Shown piece by piece: positions 49,716-63,610 of a stretch of DNA of 64,000 nucleotides; the first letter of the stretch is position 1, and each line of letters begins with the position of its first letter. Both the position numbers and the translations under genes were made by a program. This DNA is from Malacoraja senta. Lineage: Eukaryota. The stretch lies in the NCBI GenBank assembly GCA_038087875.1, contig CM075988.1, forward strand, positions 8,682,001 through 8,746,000, read 5' to 3'. Under the pieces are notes generated by a model. It saw only the letters and a program-made list of their open reading frames with translations, did no database searches and was not told the DNA's origin.

Positions 49716-50583
49716 GAAGCCAGAGGTTCTGCAGGCTCTCATGGCACTATTAGACTTAGTTCAGCCGAGGTGGCTGGATTTCCAAAGTTACGACGACCTC
49801 AGCAGTACATACTTCGCAAATAAACTTGGTATCTTCGCCATTGGCTATAATACGAGATGGGTAGAGGACATACGATACCATTATACAGAAATCAGCTCCC
49901 AAGTGCCGGTTGGAAAGAGACTGAAGGAATATTTAAGTCCAGAAAAGCCAGAAGGCAAAGTGATATCTGCTAAGCGTCAGAAAATGAACTGGAAGAAAGT
50001 TTATTATAAGGTTTTTGAGATCACGAAAAGTGAGGCGCGTTGTCTCGAGCTGCACTTTGCTTTTGAATGGATACCCATCGCACTTTCCCGAGCAGCCAAT
50101 GACAACACTGTACAATATCTGCTTCCGGGCGGGATCCCGGATACCAACGGCCTCTACGTCATTGGCTGCGAAGAGGCAGAGGGCGAGGTATTCTCCCCAC
50201 GGCGAGATTACGGGATTAGGGTGTTGCCGAGGGTTTCCCTGCAGCACGATTCCGGCAGCACTACTGCAGGACCATCGCTTTTGGAGAACGATCTTAACCA
50301 AGGCAGTGCGATGAAGCCAAAAATCCGCTACTGTTATCTCGGTGTGGCAGAGGAGAAAACCATTTGTCAGTGCATACTGCAACACTTTCAACCACCTGTC
50401 AAGATGCTGGCCGTGGAGACATGTACCATCAACAGCTTCCTTTCTGAAAACTGCCAACCAGGAGCCATCTCCAGATCTATTTACATCAAATTTATAGAAG
50501 TAGAAAAAGAGTATCTCTCTTCAGGCTGCGTGCAAGAGTGTTTGGAAAAAGCCATGGGGTATTCGTTACGGTTCACAAAGTAA
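49716..50583 (+). CDS. MSANTD2: MSANTD2-like coding exon 4 (C-terminal domain, stop TAA)
   Basis: Acceptor ttttttctag, phase 2. Encodes NKLGIFAIGYNTRW..DIRYHY.EISSQVP.GKRL.EY..EKPEG...SEARCLELH...YLLPGGIP...SIYIKF.EVE...ECLEKA.GY, characteristic of MSANTD2. Confidence 0.93.
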
Positions 50584-53500
50584 ATTCCAACCACAGCCAA
50601 CGTATTCAATTATGATGTGCAAAGATTTCTGCCTGGTCACATTTAGAGCTTAATAATGTCAGGGTTTTGATTTTAAAGCTTCCCACATTCGCTGTACTTG
50701 ATGGGTTTCAATACCATAATGGCTGAGAGCGAAGATGAAGACAAGAAATCGAGCCACTTTGGTCAAAACTGGATGGAGTGGAAGTGCGAGACAGGAGCTG
50801 AAATGGTGATGGCGTTTGGAGTCAGTCTGTTCTGTGGAATAAAAGCTCAACTCTGGAAAGTGGAGCCTCAGTACCGTAAAAAGGCTTTAAGATCTTTGTT
50901 ACAGTCCAGATGATGCACAGTGTACTCTGTAGGTCAATCAGTTCACAGTTGAGGACAAGAATGCAAGCTGTGAGCATACCTACATGTTACACTGTGGCAG
51001 TATATTGGGAAGCATGCTTTACTTGTATTCTGAGGTCTTGGCCTTGCCTAACATTCAAGCCCACCTGTCACTTTGGTGGTGATTTCATTGGTTTGCAGGC
51101 CATGTCACCAATTGAGTAACAGACAAGTATTTCAGTCTGGGCGTAACGTCTAAAAGGCGAAAGGGAAAGATGGAATGGAAATGGGATTTGACTGTGCAAG
51201 CACGTCTTTTCTACTGAAATTATCGTCGAACTAATGAGGAAGAAATCTCTGGTTCCTTTTTCTATTGTTCAGAAGCTGCTCTGGAGTAGCCTCAGTTGGC
51301 CAAAGTGTTAATCTGATCTTCCTCCTTTGATAAAATATAACCTTACTGTTATCAGAAACATAGTTCAGATAACCTCATTTTGTACGGATCCTAACCGAGC
51401 TCCAACCTACTCAGCTGCACTTGTTCTGGCTCATAAACTGATGTGCACAGTGCCTTTGAAAATATCCTGGGTTTGATTTGAGCGCACACTGAACATTTTG
51501 GCCAGGGTGGGTAAATGCAGTGGTAGCAGATGGCCAAGTTTGTGAAGGATTGGAGTCAGGGTGGTGGTGGGGGTGTGTGGTCGAACCCTTTATGAGGAGA
51601 ATCCTAGTTCAAACTACTCCATTATGATCTTCTAAGTTTATTGATCATGGTGTCTAAAATAACCAGGTGTGTTGCATCAACCATTTCTACCTGGACTATT
51701 TGAAATCAGTGATCAGACCCACCCTTGACATGTACTGATAACATTTACTAACTTTACAAAGAGTGCAGGCAGCGCCTTTTTGAATGAGGTTCAAGACGAA
51801 GCTTCCATGAATTTCTACCTTCAATTATCCTTTAAAATAATCATAAAATTCTGCAATTTTCTTTTTCAATTAGCTTATGAACTCGAGTAAGAGCTCTTGC
51901 TGTACAATCAGAAATAAAGCACCAGGCAGTTTAAGGGAAGTTCCTACCCAAGATATCTTCCACAATTAGTTAAATAAGCTAAGAAAAGGTGCAAAGCGCT
52001 GGAGTAACTCATTGGGTCAGGCAGCATCTCTGGAGAACATGGGTGGGTGATGTTTTAGGTCAGGACTCTTCTTAAAGACTTAAACAAACCGGAACAAGCT
52101 ACTCTTGTGACTGGGTTTGTGGATCTACACAGCATAGTATTATCTGTTATGGTCTTGAACATTTCGGCTAGATTATGCAACTGGTCAGTGGACACCCGTG
52201 AGATGGTGGAAGCTGGAACTTCAGTGTTGCAATGTGCTATGAATTAGATTCACTATAATTGTGTGAAATGAAGGCACTTTATTTCCCAAAATAGATTTTG
52301 GTATAAATCCATGCTAACGTTCTCCGTATAAAGGTAGGTCCAATGAAACCATTGTTTCCAAGTTAATATTCCAAACAATTTAAAATAATGGCCATTTCCA
52401 CCTTATGCCATTGTTTTTCACCTTTTAAGTTGTAGTACTATAGACAATAGGTGCAGGAGTAGGCCATTCGGCCCTTCGAGCCAGCACCGCCATTCAATGT
52501 GATTACGCCTGTTGAATTATTAGTGGAACCTGAATGGCTTGAAACATATAATATGGCGAGCCTTTGATATTTTGAAGACTCAAGATTAAAGAATAACAGC
52601 TGCCGTCACAGTTCAGATCTTTCAGGCCAGCTAAGTTTACTGGAGTGAGCTGTGTAGCTATAACTAGCTTTAACCCCAATCCAAGTATTTCAAATCAAGT
52701 GTAATCTTACTTTGTCAAATACATTCTCCCTAGTGTAAAAAGGTTGGGAATCTATAACTTCATAGAAAAATCCCCAGTGCACTATTGAGTAGATAATGCT
52801 GGAGTAGCTTTAAAATTTCAGATATATATTGTTTTCTGTTGATAGCCCATGGCAGACAGAACCAAGTGGGAAATATGCTAAGATTTTCAAAAATACAGCA
52901 AAATAAATTAATCTTCCTCATTTCATTTTCAGGGTAATAGTGGAACACCAGAGATTGCAAATCTCTCTTTTTCACCAGTTTAAATAAAAACACATGAAAG
53001 ACACTGAGTTGGTTTGCTTCTAGAGATTCCAAAGCACTACCAAATAGATGAGAAACTTTCCAGATTTGCTCTCCCATCTATGCTTTTACAATATGGAGAT
53101 AGCAGGAGTATTACTTTGTGCTTTGAAGTAAATAGACTATCATGCATTCTATTTCTGTTTGCTGCTGAGAATTACACATTGGCCCAATACACTTAGACAG
53201 TCCACACCTTTGGATTGGATGCAATACCTTTTCAGGCTGGGTCATGACATGTCAACCATGTATCCTCCCCTCTTTTGGACAGCCACTCGCTGTTTTGAGT
53301 TGCACACTACCGGGCCAAGATAATGAAAGTTATCCAGACTTGTGTCAGACTTCACGAGCTGGGACCTTTGGCAATATATATAGAAGTATATAGCAAAAAG
53401 CTTTAAGTATTTTAGGCCATTTAGTCTGAACAGTCATGGTGGGAACATTGATGTTTTGGCAGGCTGGGATTTGTCCCTGTAAATAATTGCAATTTGGATT

Positions 53501-56500
53501 ATCGTATGCAAAATAGTAAGAGATCGGTCCTGTTATTCTCCCCACATTGAAAATTGTTGAATGAGCTAAGTGTACTCCTTTCCAGTCTGTAGGCTAGTGC
53601 ATCACCAATGCAACTCGTTATCTGTTTTTTTGTTTTATTTAATCTGGCTTTGACTTCCTGACGTGATGTTTTTAAGAAGCAGTGCCACATTGTAATCACA
53701 ATGCAACAGTTTTTATGTCCGATGTGCCTTGTTAAACAGGAGCATTAAAGATAACTGAGACCAATAAACCAATCTGACAACTAAATTTGCAAATAAACCC
53801 CTAATTGTACTAAACCCAATCAAACAAAATAGTATAAACTATCAATGTCCAATGCTTTGAAATTTTACAAGAAGAGAGGAAATGCATTCATCGATGTTGT
53901 CCTGCATCATTTATCGTTATCAAAATAAACGAGTGATATGCAGAGTTTTAGTAAGATTTCATCATAATGTTTATATCTGAAACATAGTACGTGGGAAACT
54001 TTGCAAAGTTGGACATTCACTATCTTTTAATTAGGATTTGATTCCCAACTTACTGATCCTGAATAAAATGCACCTTATGATTTGTGGATGTCCGTCTAAC
54101 TTAAATCAAGCTATCTACCTTTCAGAACCAGATTAGTGTATAGATTTGATACAGTTTTGCTTGAAGCGGCATGCCTCTCGTACCTTCTCCACACTAGTCC
54201 TGATGCTGACTGTTACTTGGTGTGATTCTGCAGGTGGAAGTGGCCTTCTGGTATCTAGCATAATTTTGGTTTTAGTACTTAAACATCGAATGCTGGCATA
54301 TTATACAAGACACACGGCAAGTGTTGACAAAAAACTCACATCACCTGCTCACAGAATCTTGCTTTCCTAAGGTGTCACTGGATAATGATCAAGAACATTT
54401 ACATTCATTTAGTTCCCCATCCTCCACATCAAAGGGCATTGAAACCAATAGCTTTTGCCCAGGATATTAGCTAATGAAATACAGCTCAGGAATGTTGTGG
54501 TGTATAAAGTTTAGCACTATACTGGATGGTATCCTTAACCACAAGATTATTGGGGCAGCTTCCAAGTTTATATTAGACTAGAAGATCCCTCCAGTCTCCT
54601 TCTTTTGGAAATCATTAAATGTTTAATTCTGCTCTCTTCATCAGCTATTCTGTTAACTTTTAATTAGATCTGTGATCCTTCTGTTAAGGAAAGCATTGAA
54701 TGATTGTGCATCTGTATCTTAATTTCGAAGAGCTGGTGACAAGTTTCATGAATCTATAACTTGGGCAGTCTGGAAACATTCCAATCCCACGACAAAGTGC
54801 TGGACCGTTTTGTGTGTAGCTTTCGACCAACCAATAAAGGCACGGATGCTTAGCCTCCTGGACCCGCAATTACAGAGTGGATCTTTCATTGTTTTATTGG
54901 GCACACTGTTTGAAAACTTGCCTCGGTGTAACACTGACGCAGCGTTGTACAAGCATTCAAATATATCAGTTTTAAGCACTCCCTGATAGGACCACTGCAA
55001 TTCCCATATAATTGAAGACCAAATGAAACAGTCAGCAACACAAAACCCAAATCACTGGAGAAAATCCCCAGAGCAGCCCATTGTTTTGTGCATTGACCAA
55101 CCAGGTAGGCTGAACTGTACCATTCTTAGTATAGACACTGTTGATCATATAAAGATGAAGATATAGCTAGAAGTAACTTTAAACAAAAACAAATTTTAAA
55201 CATTTTTGTTTTGATTATTTCCAAAGTTTTATTTCCAATGTTTTTCTTTGCTGTAAGTGAACAGTGTAAAGCTTTGATTATAAACAGGGCAGTCATTCCT
55301 CTTGTGTTGCTGACCAATGATGCACATGGACAGTATGACAGCCAGATCAGGACATGGTGTGAAGACATTTCATCAGCGTGCAGCTGATCCTTGCACTAAT
55401 GTCCAAGTAACCACATTTAGTGGTGGTATTAAAACCTAATGTCGAATTTGCAACGAGTAAAAGTAATCACAGAATGGCAACGTGTTTCTTTCCATTTTTT
55501 CTCAACTGAAATATTATGTCGTATTTATCCCTGCTGTTATTGATTATATTGTAATACTTTATGAAATGATTTATCCTTCAAGGAAAAAAATATGGCATCA
55601 CTGCTGACTAGCAAATGCTTGAGACTGAAAAATATGTATGGTATGGATTAGAATGTTGGTTCCAAGTGATCAAGACAACATTTTTTTTGATTCACATTAT
55701 CGAGGTATATAATCCTCTCTCACTGCCCCCAGTAATGAACTTTGGGGATTTTCCATTATTTTCAATGGAAACTCCTGGTGGCTCTGGGCTGCTTTGGTGA
55801 GATATGTCTTGTACTCTCTTGATGCAGCATTAAGCTATAAATTATTAGATATTAAAGATCATTATGACTTTATCAACTGTGTGTGTGGATGCCTTATCTA
55901 ATGAAAGAGACCTTTCAGATTTTGAGCACTAGAAGCAATAAGGATTTGTTTAAAACATTACAAGGCGCACTCTTTAACACCTGGACCACAATCACAAGAT
56001 GTTTCTGTGCTGGGAATTGGTTAACGAGCTGATGGAGATGGAAAAAACTGGCAGTCACTGATATACAGGAGTGGCTATGACCAAGCCCTCCTGCTATCCT
56101 GTGCCTATGGATGAATGTGAATCGGAGAAGGTGATTCTGCTATTCGAGCTGTTTCATCATACATTTAGTTCAGACCATTTGCATCTTGACTCCACATCAC
56201 TGGGCTGTTTATCCCTTAATATCCGTAACAGAAAAAAACAGTTGTGCTAGTTATTATTATCAATTGGACTGGAGGAACAACTTCAAGTCATAGAATTTGA
56301 GCTTGAAGAGATTCACTGACATGGCTAAATCTAAGCATTTTTGACAAATCACTCCCTAATTTGATTGAAATCTGCCCCTTCCCTCTACCCAATACATATT
56401 GTTTTCTATACTCATAATTATGGTGATTCTGCTCCATCCTCCCACAGATTATTTAAATCGAGCTATATTTTATGTAATGGGTGATCAAACTTTTGCACAC

Positions 56501-56516
56501 ATCAGTTCATTGACCT

Positions 56517-56611
56517 CAGGTGGATAAAAATGCTGGGGAAACTCAGCGGGTGAGGCAGCATCTATGGAGCGAAAAAATAGGTGATGTTTTGGGTCGAGAC
56601 CCTTCTTCAGA
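56517..56611 (-). mobile_element. Penelope terminal-repeat copy
   Basis: 13-bp TSD agttcattgacct (56504-56516 / 56612-56624). Confidence 0.75.
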
Positions 56612-56754
56612 AGTTCATTGACCTTGCTACATTGATGCATAGCACCTTAAATTACTTTCTCCCTGGTTCTGAGTTTCTTAAAATGTAAAATTGGAACATA
56701 AGGCTACCAGTGCTCTGTTTTCCAATGAACTCTGCTAGAGAAAACAAAATATTA

Positions 56755-57065
56755 GGTTGCTCTGTGACACAACGGGTAGAATCGCTGTCTCACAGTGCCA
56801 GAGTCCCAGGTTCAATCAAAGCTTCGGGTGCTGTCTGTGAGGAGTTTGTGCATTCTCCCTGCATGAATTTTCTGCGGGTGCCCTCCTTTCCTTTCATCAT
56901 TCAAAACTGCGAGTTTGTAAATTAATTGGCATCTAAATTTGCTGCAAATGTGTATCGAGTGGACGAGAAAGTGGGATAACAGAACTAATGTGAATGGGGA
57001 TCGATGGTCGACATGGATTCACTGGGCTGAAGGGCCTGATTCAATGCTATTTAAATTAAACTAAA
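56755..57065 (+). mobile_element. V-SINE (diverged)
   Basis: tRNA-like head, V-domain and taaactaaa tail. Confidence 0.7.
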
Positions 57066-60000
57066 CAATACTTTTGCACATTGAACTCCATCTGAATTCA
57101 GAGCTTTGCCCTCCAATGTGTTCTTTCCTTGTCGATTTGCACGTTGACCTCATCTACACTAATTAGAGCTACCTATCTTAGGGGTGTTGGTAAACTTCAA
57201 TGTATTTAAATGCTCTTTAATCCTTCAAATAATTACATTTTAAACTGTTACATGTAAACCGCTGAATGTGATCATTGTCTCTGCGCGCTATAGATGATGA
57301 TAGAAATGTAACATACCACCAAAACGTCTGGCAAATATGTTTATTAGACGGCTTCAGACTATTACATCGCTTGGATATTTCAGGCACCACAACATTGCTC
57401 TTGTATTGCTATGTATTCTCTGTTCAGCATGGTCACATAATCACAAGAAATTGTAGTTTTCAGTGTCAACGGGTTTCAAAATGATCCCTGTTCTTAAACG
57501 AGTTCTTTGCACTGATTTGTTCTGACCTCTGATTTGCTATTTTCTGGTTACTAAGGGAGTTGTCAGAGCCAAGGTTTTGTTCACTGGGCTGAGTTATCTC
57601 TTCCCAGCAACAAAATCTTTGCACAACAATAGGTTTTCTGCCTATAGTCGAATGCAATTTGTGGCCTGACATCTAAGTAGCGATGATAATCCCCTTCTAT
57701 GTTGTCAATCAACAGATTATCTGCTTTATCTGGGTTAAAAATGATCAGATGCAATCAAATTTTGCAAACATTGTTGCTTGGCCAACTCAAAGAAATATTT
57801 TCCAGTCAATTAAATGCTGTCCTTAATTATCCACCAACTAATAAGAGTTCAGTGCAACTTGCTACAGCAGTAGTACAATTTTCATTTTAAATTCAGTTTT
57901 AGCCCTTTCTGACCCCTAATAATTGGTTATATTATGTATTTTCTCCTGATTATAGTTTTGACTTAATTCATAATTTATAATCTTAATTGCAATGAAAGCT
58001 AATACATATTTTTCATTATCCTTGCTCTTACTTCAACACCATGTTTTTTGACAATAGGAATATATTAAGGGAGGTTTTAGAGAGGTACATGGTACCAAAT
58101 TGCTAGTTTTTTAAAAAGGCTTCAATTACATGGACCAAAGAAAGTTGTTCACGCAGTGAATGTTGAAGGGCCGAGAGACAGTCATGTTCAAAATCTTGAT
58201 GGTTTGGTGGAGTGCATAAACTCTCCATAGGTTAAAATGGTAGTAATCAGAGAGACAAATTTAGAGATCACATTTTCAAAAATCCAGAGGAAACGTGACT
58301 TGCTTTTATGTGGTGAATTACAACCTGGAATATACTGCCTTGACGCTATGGAAGCTGATTCAATGATAACTTACAAAATTCTTAGTGAAGGAAATACTGC
58401 GTTACAGCGAAATTCATTCATTAGATACATTACAATAGGGCAAAATTCACTGAAGTGCATCTTCTGTACAAATTCCTGATGTGTCAATATTTACTTTCCA
58501 ATAATATGTGAATCCCATTTTTGCTAAATCTTCTGGAAAGCTATCTGAATACCCACAGCTGCTTTGTCATATTAGTAACAGGAAAATATGTCTTTCCCAT
58601 TACAGATCCATGTTACATTTTTCTGGAGACCTCATTTGAACAAGGGTCGGTCATTCCAAATCTAAATAACAATTATTAATAACATTAATACTATTAATAA
58701 CATAAGGTCATGTGATAAAAGCAGAATTTGGCCATTCATGTCTACTCTGCCAGTCAATCATGGCTGATCCACCTCTTCCCCCTAACCCTGTACTAATCAA
58801 AAATCTATCTCTGGAGGAGCCAATGAGGGGGAACAGAGGGGTAGTGGCTGGAATTGGCGGTGCGATGGGGACTCGCAGCGGTCGCTGGTCGTTCTCCTCC
58901 GCCAGGACCAGAGTCTCCGCTTTCCGTTTAGCGACATCTCCGACTCCGGGCTGGGTCGGGTCTCCGACGCTGGGTTGCTGCCTGGGGCGGGGTTGATGCT
59001 TGGGGCGGGGCTGCTTCGGGTCCCTCAAAGTCCAGTCGGAAACCTCCGTCCATCCTCAGCTCCAGTAAAGACACAATGGAGCAGGAAGGGGCGGACCGTC
59101 CCAGGGAGTGACAGGGGAAGAGACTAATCCAAGTGGCGCCAACTGGCAGGAGAAGAGATCAATCTGCGCATGTGCGGTTTTAAAGTTTTTAAACCTCGCT
59201 AACCTTTATGTAATTTAAACGATCGGAACAAAACTTGGCACACTCGCAGCACAGAAGAACGGTGAGTGAACTGGCAAAAAATCGTTGCGCTATTTTCAAT
59301 GCCCCTGAGTCTAAATTTGGTACAGGGAAGTAGTTGCTATGTTGTCTCCTGATGGTATATCCTGCTGGATGGGGAGTGGGAGGGGGAATCCAAAATCTAA
59401 TATGTATTGAGTTCACATTAAGTGGGATGGGAGGGAAGAGATTGTAGCGCTGTGAATCGTCTCCAGGGTAGGGAACAAGCTTACCAAATTTGGTAAAGAA
59501 GATTTTGATGGCAAGTGCCTTTTAACATAACATAATTGAAAAAGTAACAATGATGGGAATCTTGAGGCAGATTATCAAATGAGAAATTGGGAACGTTTCC
59601 TTGGAAATCATATTGCAGTGTAAGAATTATTTGGGTTAACACGAGCATTATTTGTTTCAATGGGTGCAATTTTTAGTTTAGTTTTTTATTGTCAATATTT
59701 GCTTTATCTGAAGATGCAGAAGAGCAATGGCAGTGAATTTAACAGTATTTAAATTCAAGGAGTGCATATATATTAATTGGGAACAGCTGATTGCCAAATA
59801 ATGGTTTCAAAGGAAGTTCAGTTACATTAATGTAACTTTTTTTTTGGTGTTTGGTAGTAGTAGAAATTGCTGACATTAATTCATTGTGTGTACACCGTGC
59901 CATTGAACGCACAAGATCCATGGATTTATGACGTGGTGATTCATGTTGGAGTATATTTTGGATATCACACTAGGACCAAATTGGACTTGGTATTGCTTGC

Positions 60001-60780
60001 AGTTGAATAGCCGCCTTGTGCTCGCTCCACAGGACCACACGTGAGGTGTAACTGGTTGTGATAGGTAACAGAAGGCTGTGTTATACAGCTACAGTCACGA
60101 GGTGAGGGGAAAAACTGGAGTGTCATGTTTTAGGAATCTGCTCCGTAATGACTGAATCTACTATCTGGCAAGGATAACTCGGTGCTGAAGTTTGCCAAAC
60201 TAAACTGTTGATCTTACTGTTTTACATTATCTTGGCTCTGGACAGACCAAGTTAAACATTGCATGAAATTAAAAGCTACCATTCCAAATGCCTTATCTTT
60301 CTTGTATTTATTCTTTTGGTGTGTGCATGAAGATTAATTACTGAGCATTGCAACTCTTCGCTGAATTAGATCAAATTAAAAATGATAGAGGATCCCATAA
60401 GATGCATGTGCATACATCGCTCACAGCTGTTCACTCCTGTCCTCTGCTCTCCAGATTGGATGTGTGTAGCACAAATGGACATCTTCAAGTGCAGAAAGGG
60501 CTAGGTCATATAAAGGGTGAGGACGCATTGCACATAAGACACATTCCTTCCAATATTTGACCTAATGTAATTAAGATTTTGAGATGACTAAAATAATTGG
60601 TGGAGATAACAAAACAAATTGACAGGAGAGGCATATAAACTTAATGCCCAGCCATTCCGAGTTGATCTTAAGCACTGGGGTGATGGGATTCTTAAACACT
60701 TCCCAAAGACAGCTCGGGCTAGGGATCTAATTTTTGGTAATACTATTCGCAGAAGCGTGGAGTTAAGACGCAAACTGGCC

Positions 60781-60940
60781 ACTAACTAATTGAATGGCAG
60801 AATGTGCAGGGGTGGTACTAACTAATTGAATGGCAGAATGTGCTGGAGGGAGGGGGGGGCACTAACTAATTGAATGGCAGAATGTGCCGGGTGGGTCCCT
60901 AACTAATTGAATAGCAGAATGTGCTGGGGGGGAGGGTGCT
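60781..60940. repeat. Minisatellite: 4 x 27-bp core with variable G-rich linkers
   Basis: actaactaattgaatggcagaatgtgc at 60781, 60817, 60861 and ~60898. Confidence 0.9.
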
Positions 60941-62410
60941 GTTTGGCTGCAGTGGGGCTGCTGTCACAACATTATCAAGCCATTCTTGTCCCAGCTGGCC
61001 CTCAGTATTTTAATGTCATCCCCTCTTCCTACTATATGGTGGGAAGCTACCGAGACAAAGTCAACTGCAACAGAAGACCTGGCAACAGAAACCACTCTTT
61101 AACATACAAGATGATACAATCAAACTTTATTTACCCCGAGAGGGAAATTGATCCGCCAACAGTCATAAAATACAAGATACATGGAACATGAAATTAAAGT
61201 GACGGGAGGAGAGTCAGTATCCTGACAGTCTAACATGAAATAATGCTCAAGTGGAGAGAGTTCTAGGGGAAAAAATGACATGGCAATCAAATCTTTTAAA
61301 ATATGCTGCCGTTATTTATCTATTTTATCCCCTCTATATATCCAGGTTTATATTTGTATGTGGATTAATATCAATCTTTTTGATGGTCAGGCTTTCCAAT
61401 GATTATCCCCACTGATTGCGAGGAAGGAACTTCTTGCTACAATTATTAATATTCATGACATTTGTATTTTTCAGTATTTCTAACTGTTAGGCCACTGAAT
61501 GCTTTTAGCTTTGGAATCTGGTCTGTGTTAATAGCAAAGCTATCATTCTAACAGGTCTAATGTAGATTGAATAAATTCGCTTGAATTTGGCTTGATCACT
61601 AAGCAGCCCTGAGTTAATGATGTAATATCTTTTCCTAACTTACCATTTTGCCACTCCTTTCTGATAAATGTTAATTAGAAAAAAAAGCCTATTTGTTCAA
61701 CTACAGAGGCATCACGAGGCCAGAACTCTCTCAGCAACTATGACTAGCAACTCCAGCACAGGTCAGTAGACCACAAATTGAAGCATGAAATCTGAACTGT
61801 AATTTCCATTGGCACGGGTCCAAATTGGTGAAGGTCAAAATTGTGAAGAACCAGTGGCTGAGATCAGCTGTATCAAAACGGAATCTAGGGCCTTGGCCGG
61901 AATGACACTCGCTCTTTGAAGACTGGATAGCTTGCATCTGGATTTGATTAGTATCAATCAGGATCATTCAAGAATAAAAACTTTGATTCATTTAATCCCT
62001 TTAAGTTCCCTCATGTGATGTGTCAAATTTTGTTTGAAAACATCAGGCCACATGAGATGATGAGGAGGAAGTGCCTAAACGTTTGTAGAAAGTGACTTGG
62101 GGGCCTTCAGATCATTAATAGTGTAGTATAAGAGTCTTGTTTTAGTATAGACATCATGATGCACCTTTATAAGACTGTGATTAGGCTGCATATTGAGTAT
62201 AGCTTTAAGGTGAAGGGAAAAGTTTATAGGAAACGTGTGGGGTAAGTTTTATTTGGGTGGTGAGTGGCCTGGAACGTACTGCCAGGATGCTGGTTGATGC
62301 AGATACAATAGTGGCATTTAAGAGACTTTTGGATTGGCACATGGATATGGAGGGAGATGGATTATGTGCAGGCCAATAAGAGTTGGTCTAGATATGTTCA
62401 GCACAGACAC

Positions 62411-62988
62411 TGTTGATTCCGGATCTAATACTCTCTCCCTTGTCTGCTTCAGTAAAAACACTGAGTCGAACTCTGGAGACCAAACCCTTCTTTATTTGTA
62501 TACAGCACTGCGGGCTGTCCTCGGATCCACTCACTCGAGCCCTCGGCAGCCTTTCGTAAACAGAACAGAAGGAAAGACAACTGACACACCCCAACGAAAC
62601 GATCGCCCTTGTATACCCCTCAATGGTGGGAAAACTAACGCCGCAAAAGTACAGGGGGGGGGCAACCCCAACAAACCAATCACAGAGCCTATTCAGTGCA
62701 CAGAAACAGAGTAAAACATATTAAGTGAGGTAACCCCTCTAGACCAATCACCAACATGGAACAAGCGTCAATGTATTGAAACATAACAGAAACCTCTTTG
62801 GGAACTCAGACTTGGTGGGTCACATGGGCAGAAGCTTCCTGGAGCTTCTTCAGAGGTCCAGACTTACTGACGACAGCTAGGTCACATGGGTCTCCAGCAC
62901 CTTGCAATGTATTGTCACTATCAGTGAAGCCTAGTCTTTCACATACACCAGCCATTTCCCAAAGTACCCAAATTCCTGCATGTCCACA
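62411..62988 (-). mobile_element. Probable solo LTR (578 bp) inserted in a CR1 3' tail
   Basis: TG...CA ends (TGTTGA / TCCACA) with a 4-bp TSD ACAC (62407-62410 / 62989-62992). Minus-strand AATAAA near 62490. Host CR1 tail resumes as tgtgccgaggggcc. Confidence 0.65.
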
Positions 62989-63062
62989 ACACTGTGCCGA
63001 GGGGCCTTTTCACATGCTTAACTGTTCCATGCAAAAGTGGAAGGTAGAGAGGATGAGGTTTA

Positions 63063-63607
63063 AGGGCCTGTACCACTTAGGCAATTTTTTCGGCAACAGC
63101 CGAAAAATAGGCTGTCGCCACATGATCGCGGGGTGACGCCTGTATTGTCATGAGCGGTCTCCTCAAATGTCGTTACTTATTTCTTGTCACCGCTGGATTT
63201 TGAAATGTTCAAAACCTTTCGGTGACTGGGCTTGACGTTGCCTGTCTTCTGTCGTAGGTGCTGTCGTAGGTTGTCGCCAGGATGACGCCAGGTGATGTTG
63301 GTTGTCGCCGTGTCATGACCTCGGTGAATTACATTGGCGACAACCTAAGTCATCCGTATCTTCGTATATTGTCGCTGGTGGAGGTAGGTTGACTTTGGGT
63401 GTCGTAGGTGTGGTCGAAGGTTGTCTTAGGTGTGGTCGTCCCAAGTCGCGAGGAATTGTGTTGGTGGTTGATGTAGCTTGACATCGACTAGGTGGTAGCT
63501 TGTCATGGACATTGTCATGGGGTAGGTGCAAAAAGCGTCCGGCTTCACACCGCGACAGTGACTGTCGCCACAGTTGCTTAAAAAATCGCCTAAGTGGAAC
63601 AGGCCCT
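63063..63607. mobile_element. PIF/Harbinger MITE (545 bp)
   Basis: Termini AGGGCCTGTACCACTTAGGCAATTTTTT / AAAAAATCGCCTAAGTGGAACAGGCCCT, flanked by TTA and TAA. Confidence 0.8.
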
Positions 63608-63610
63608 TAA

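Noticed and set aside
60781..60940. CRISPR-like repeat-spacer pattern
   Set aside because: Vertebrate DNA with no cas genes; the spacers are too short, low-complexity and similar to each other.
62411..62788. Shorter solo-LTR boundary (TGTT...AACA)
   Set aside because: The TSD would be imperfect and the host CR1 tail does not resume there; the 62988 end gives a perfect ACAC TSD.
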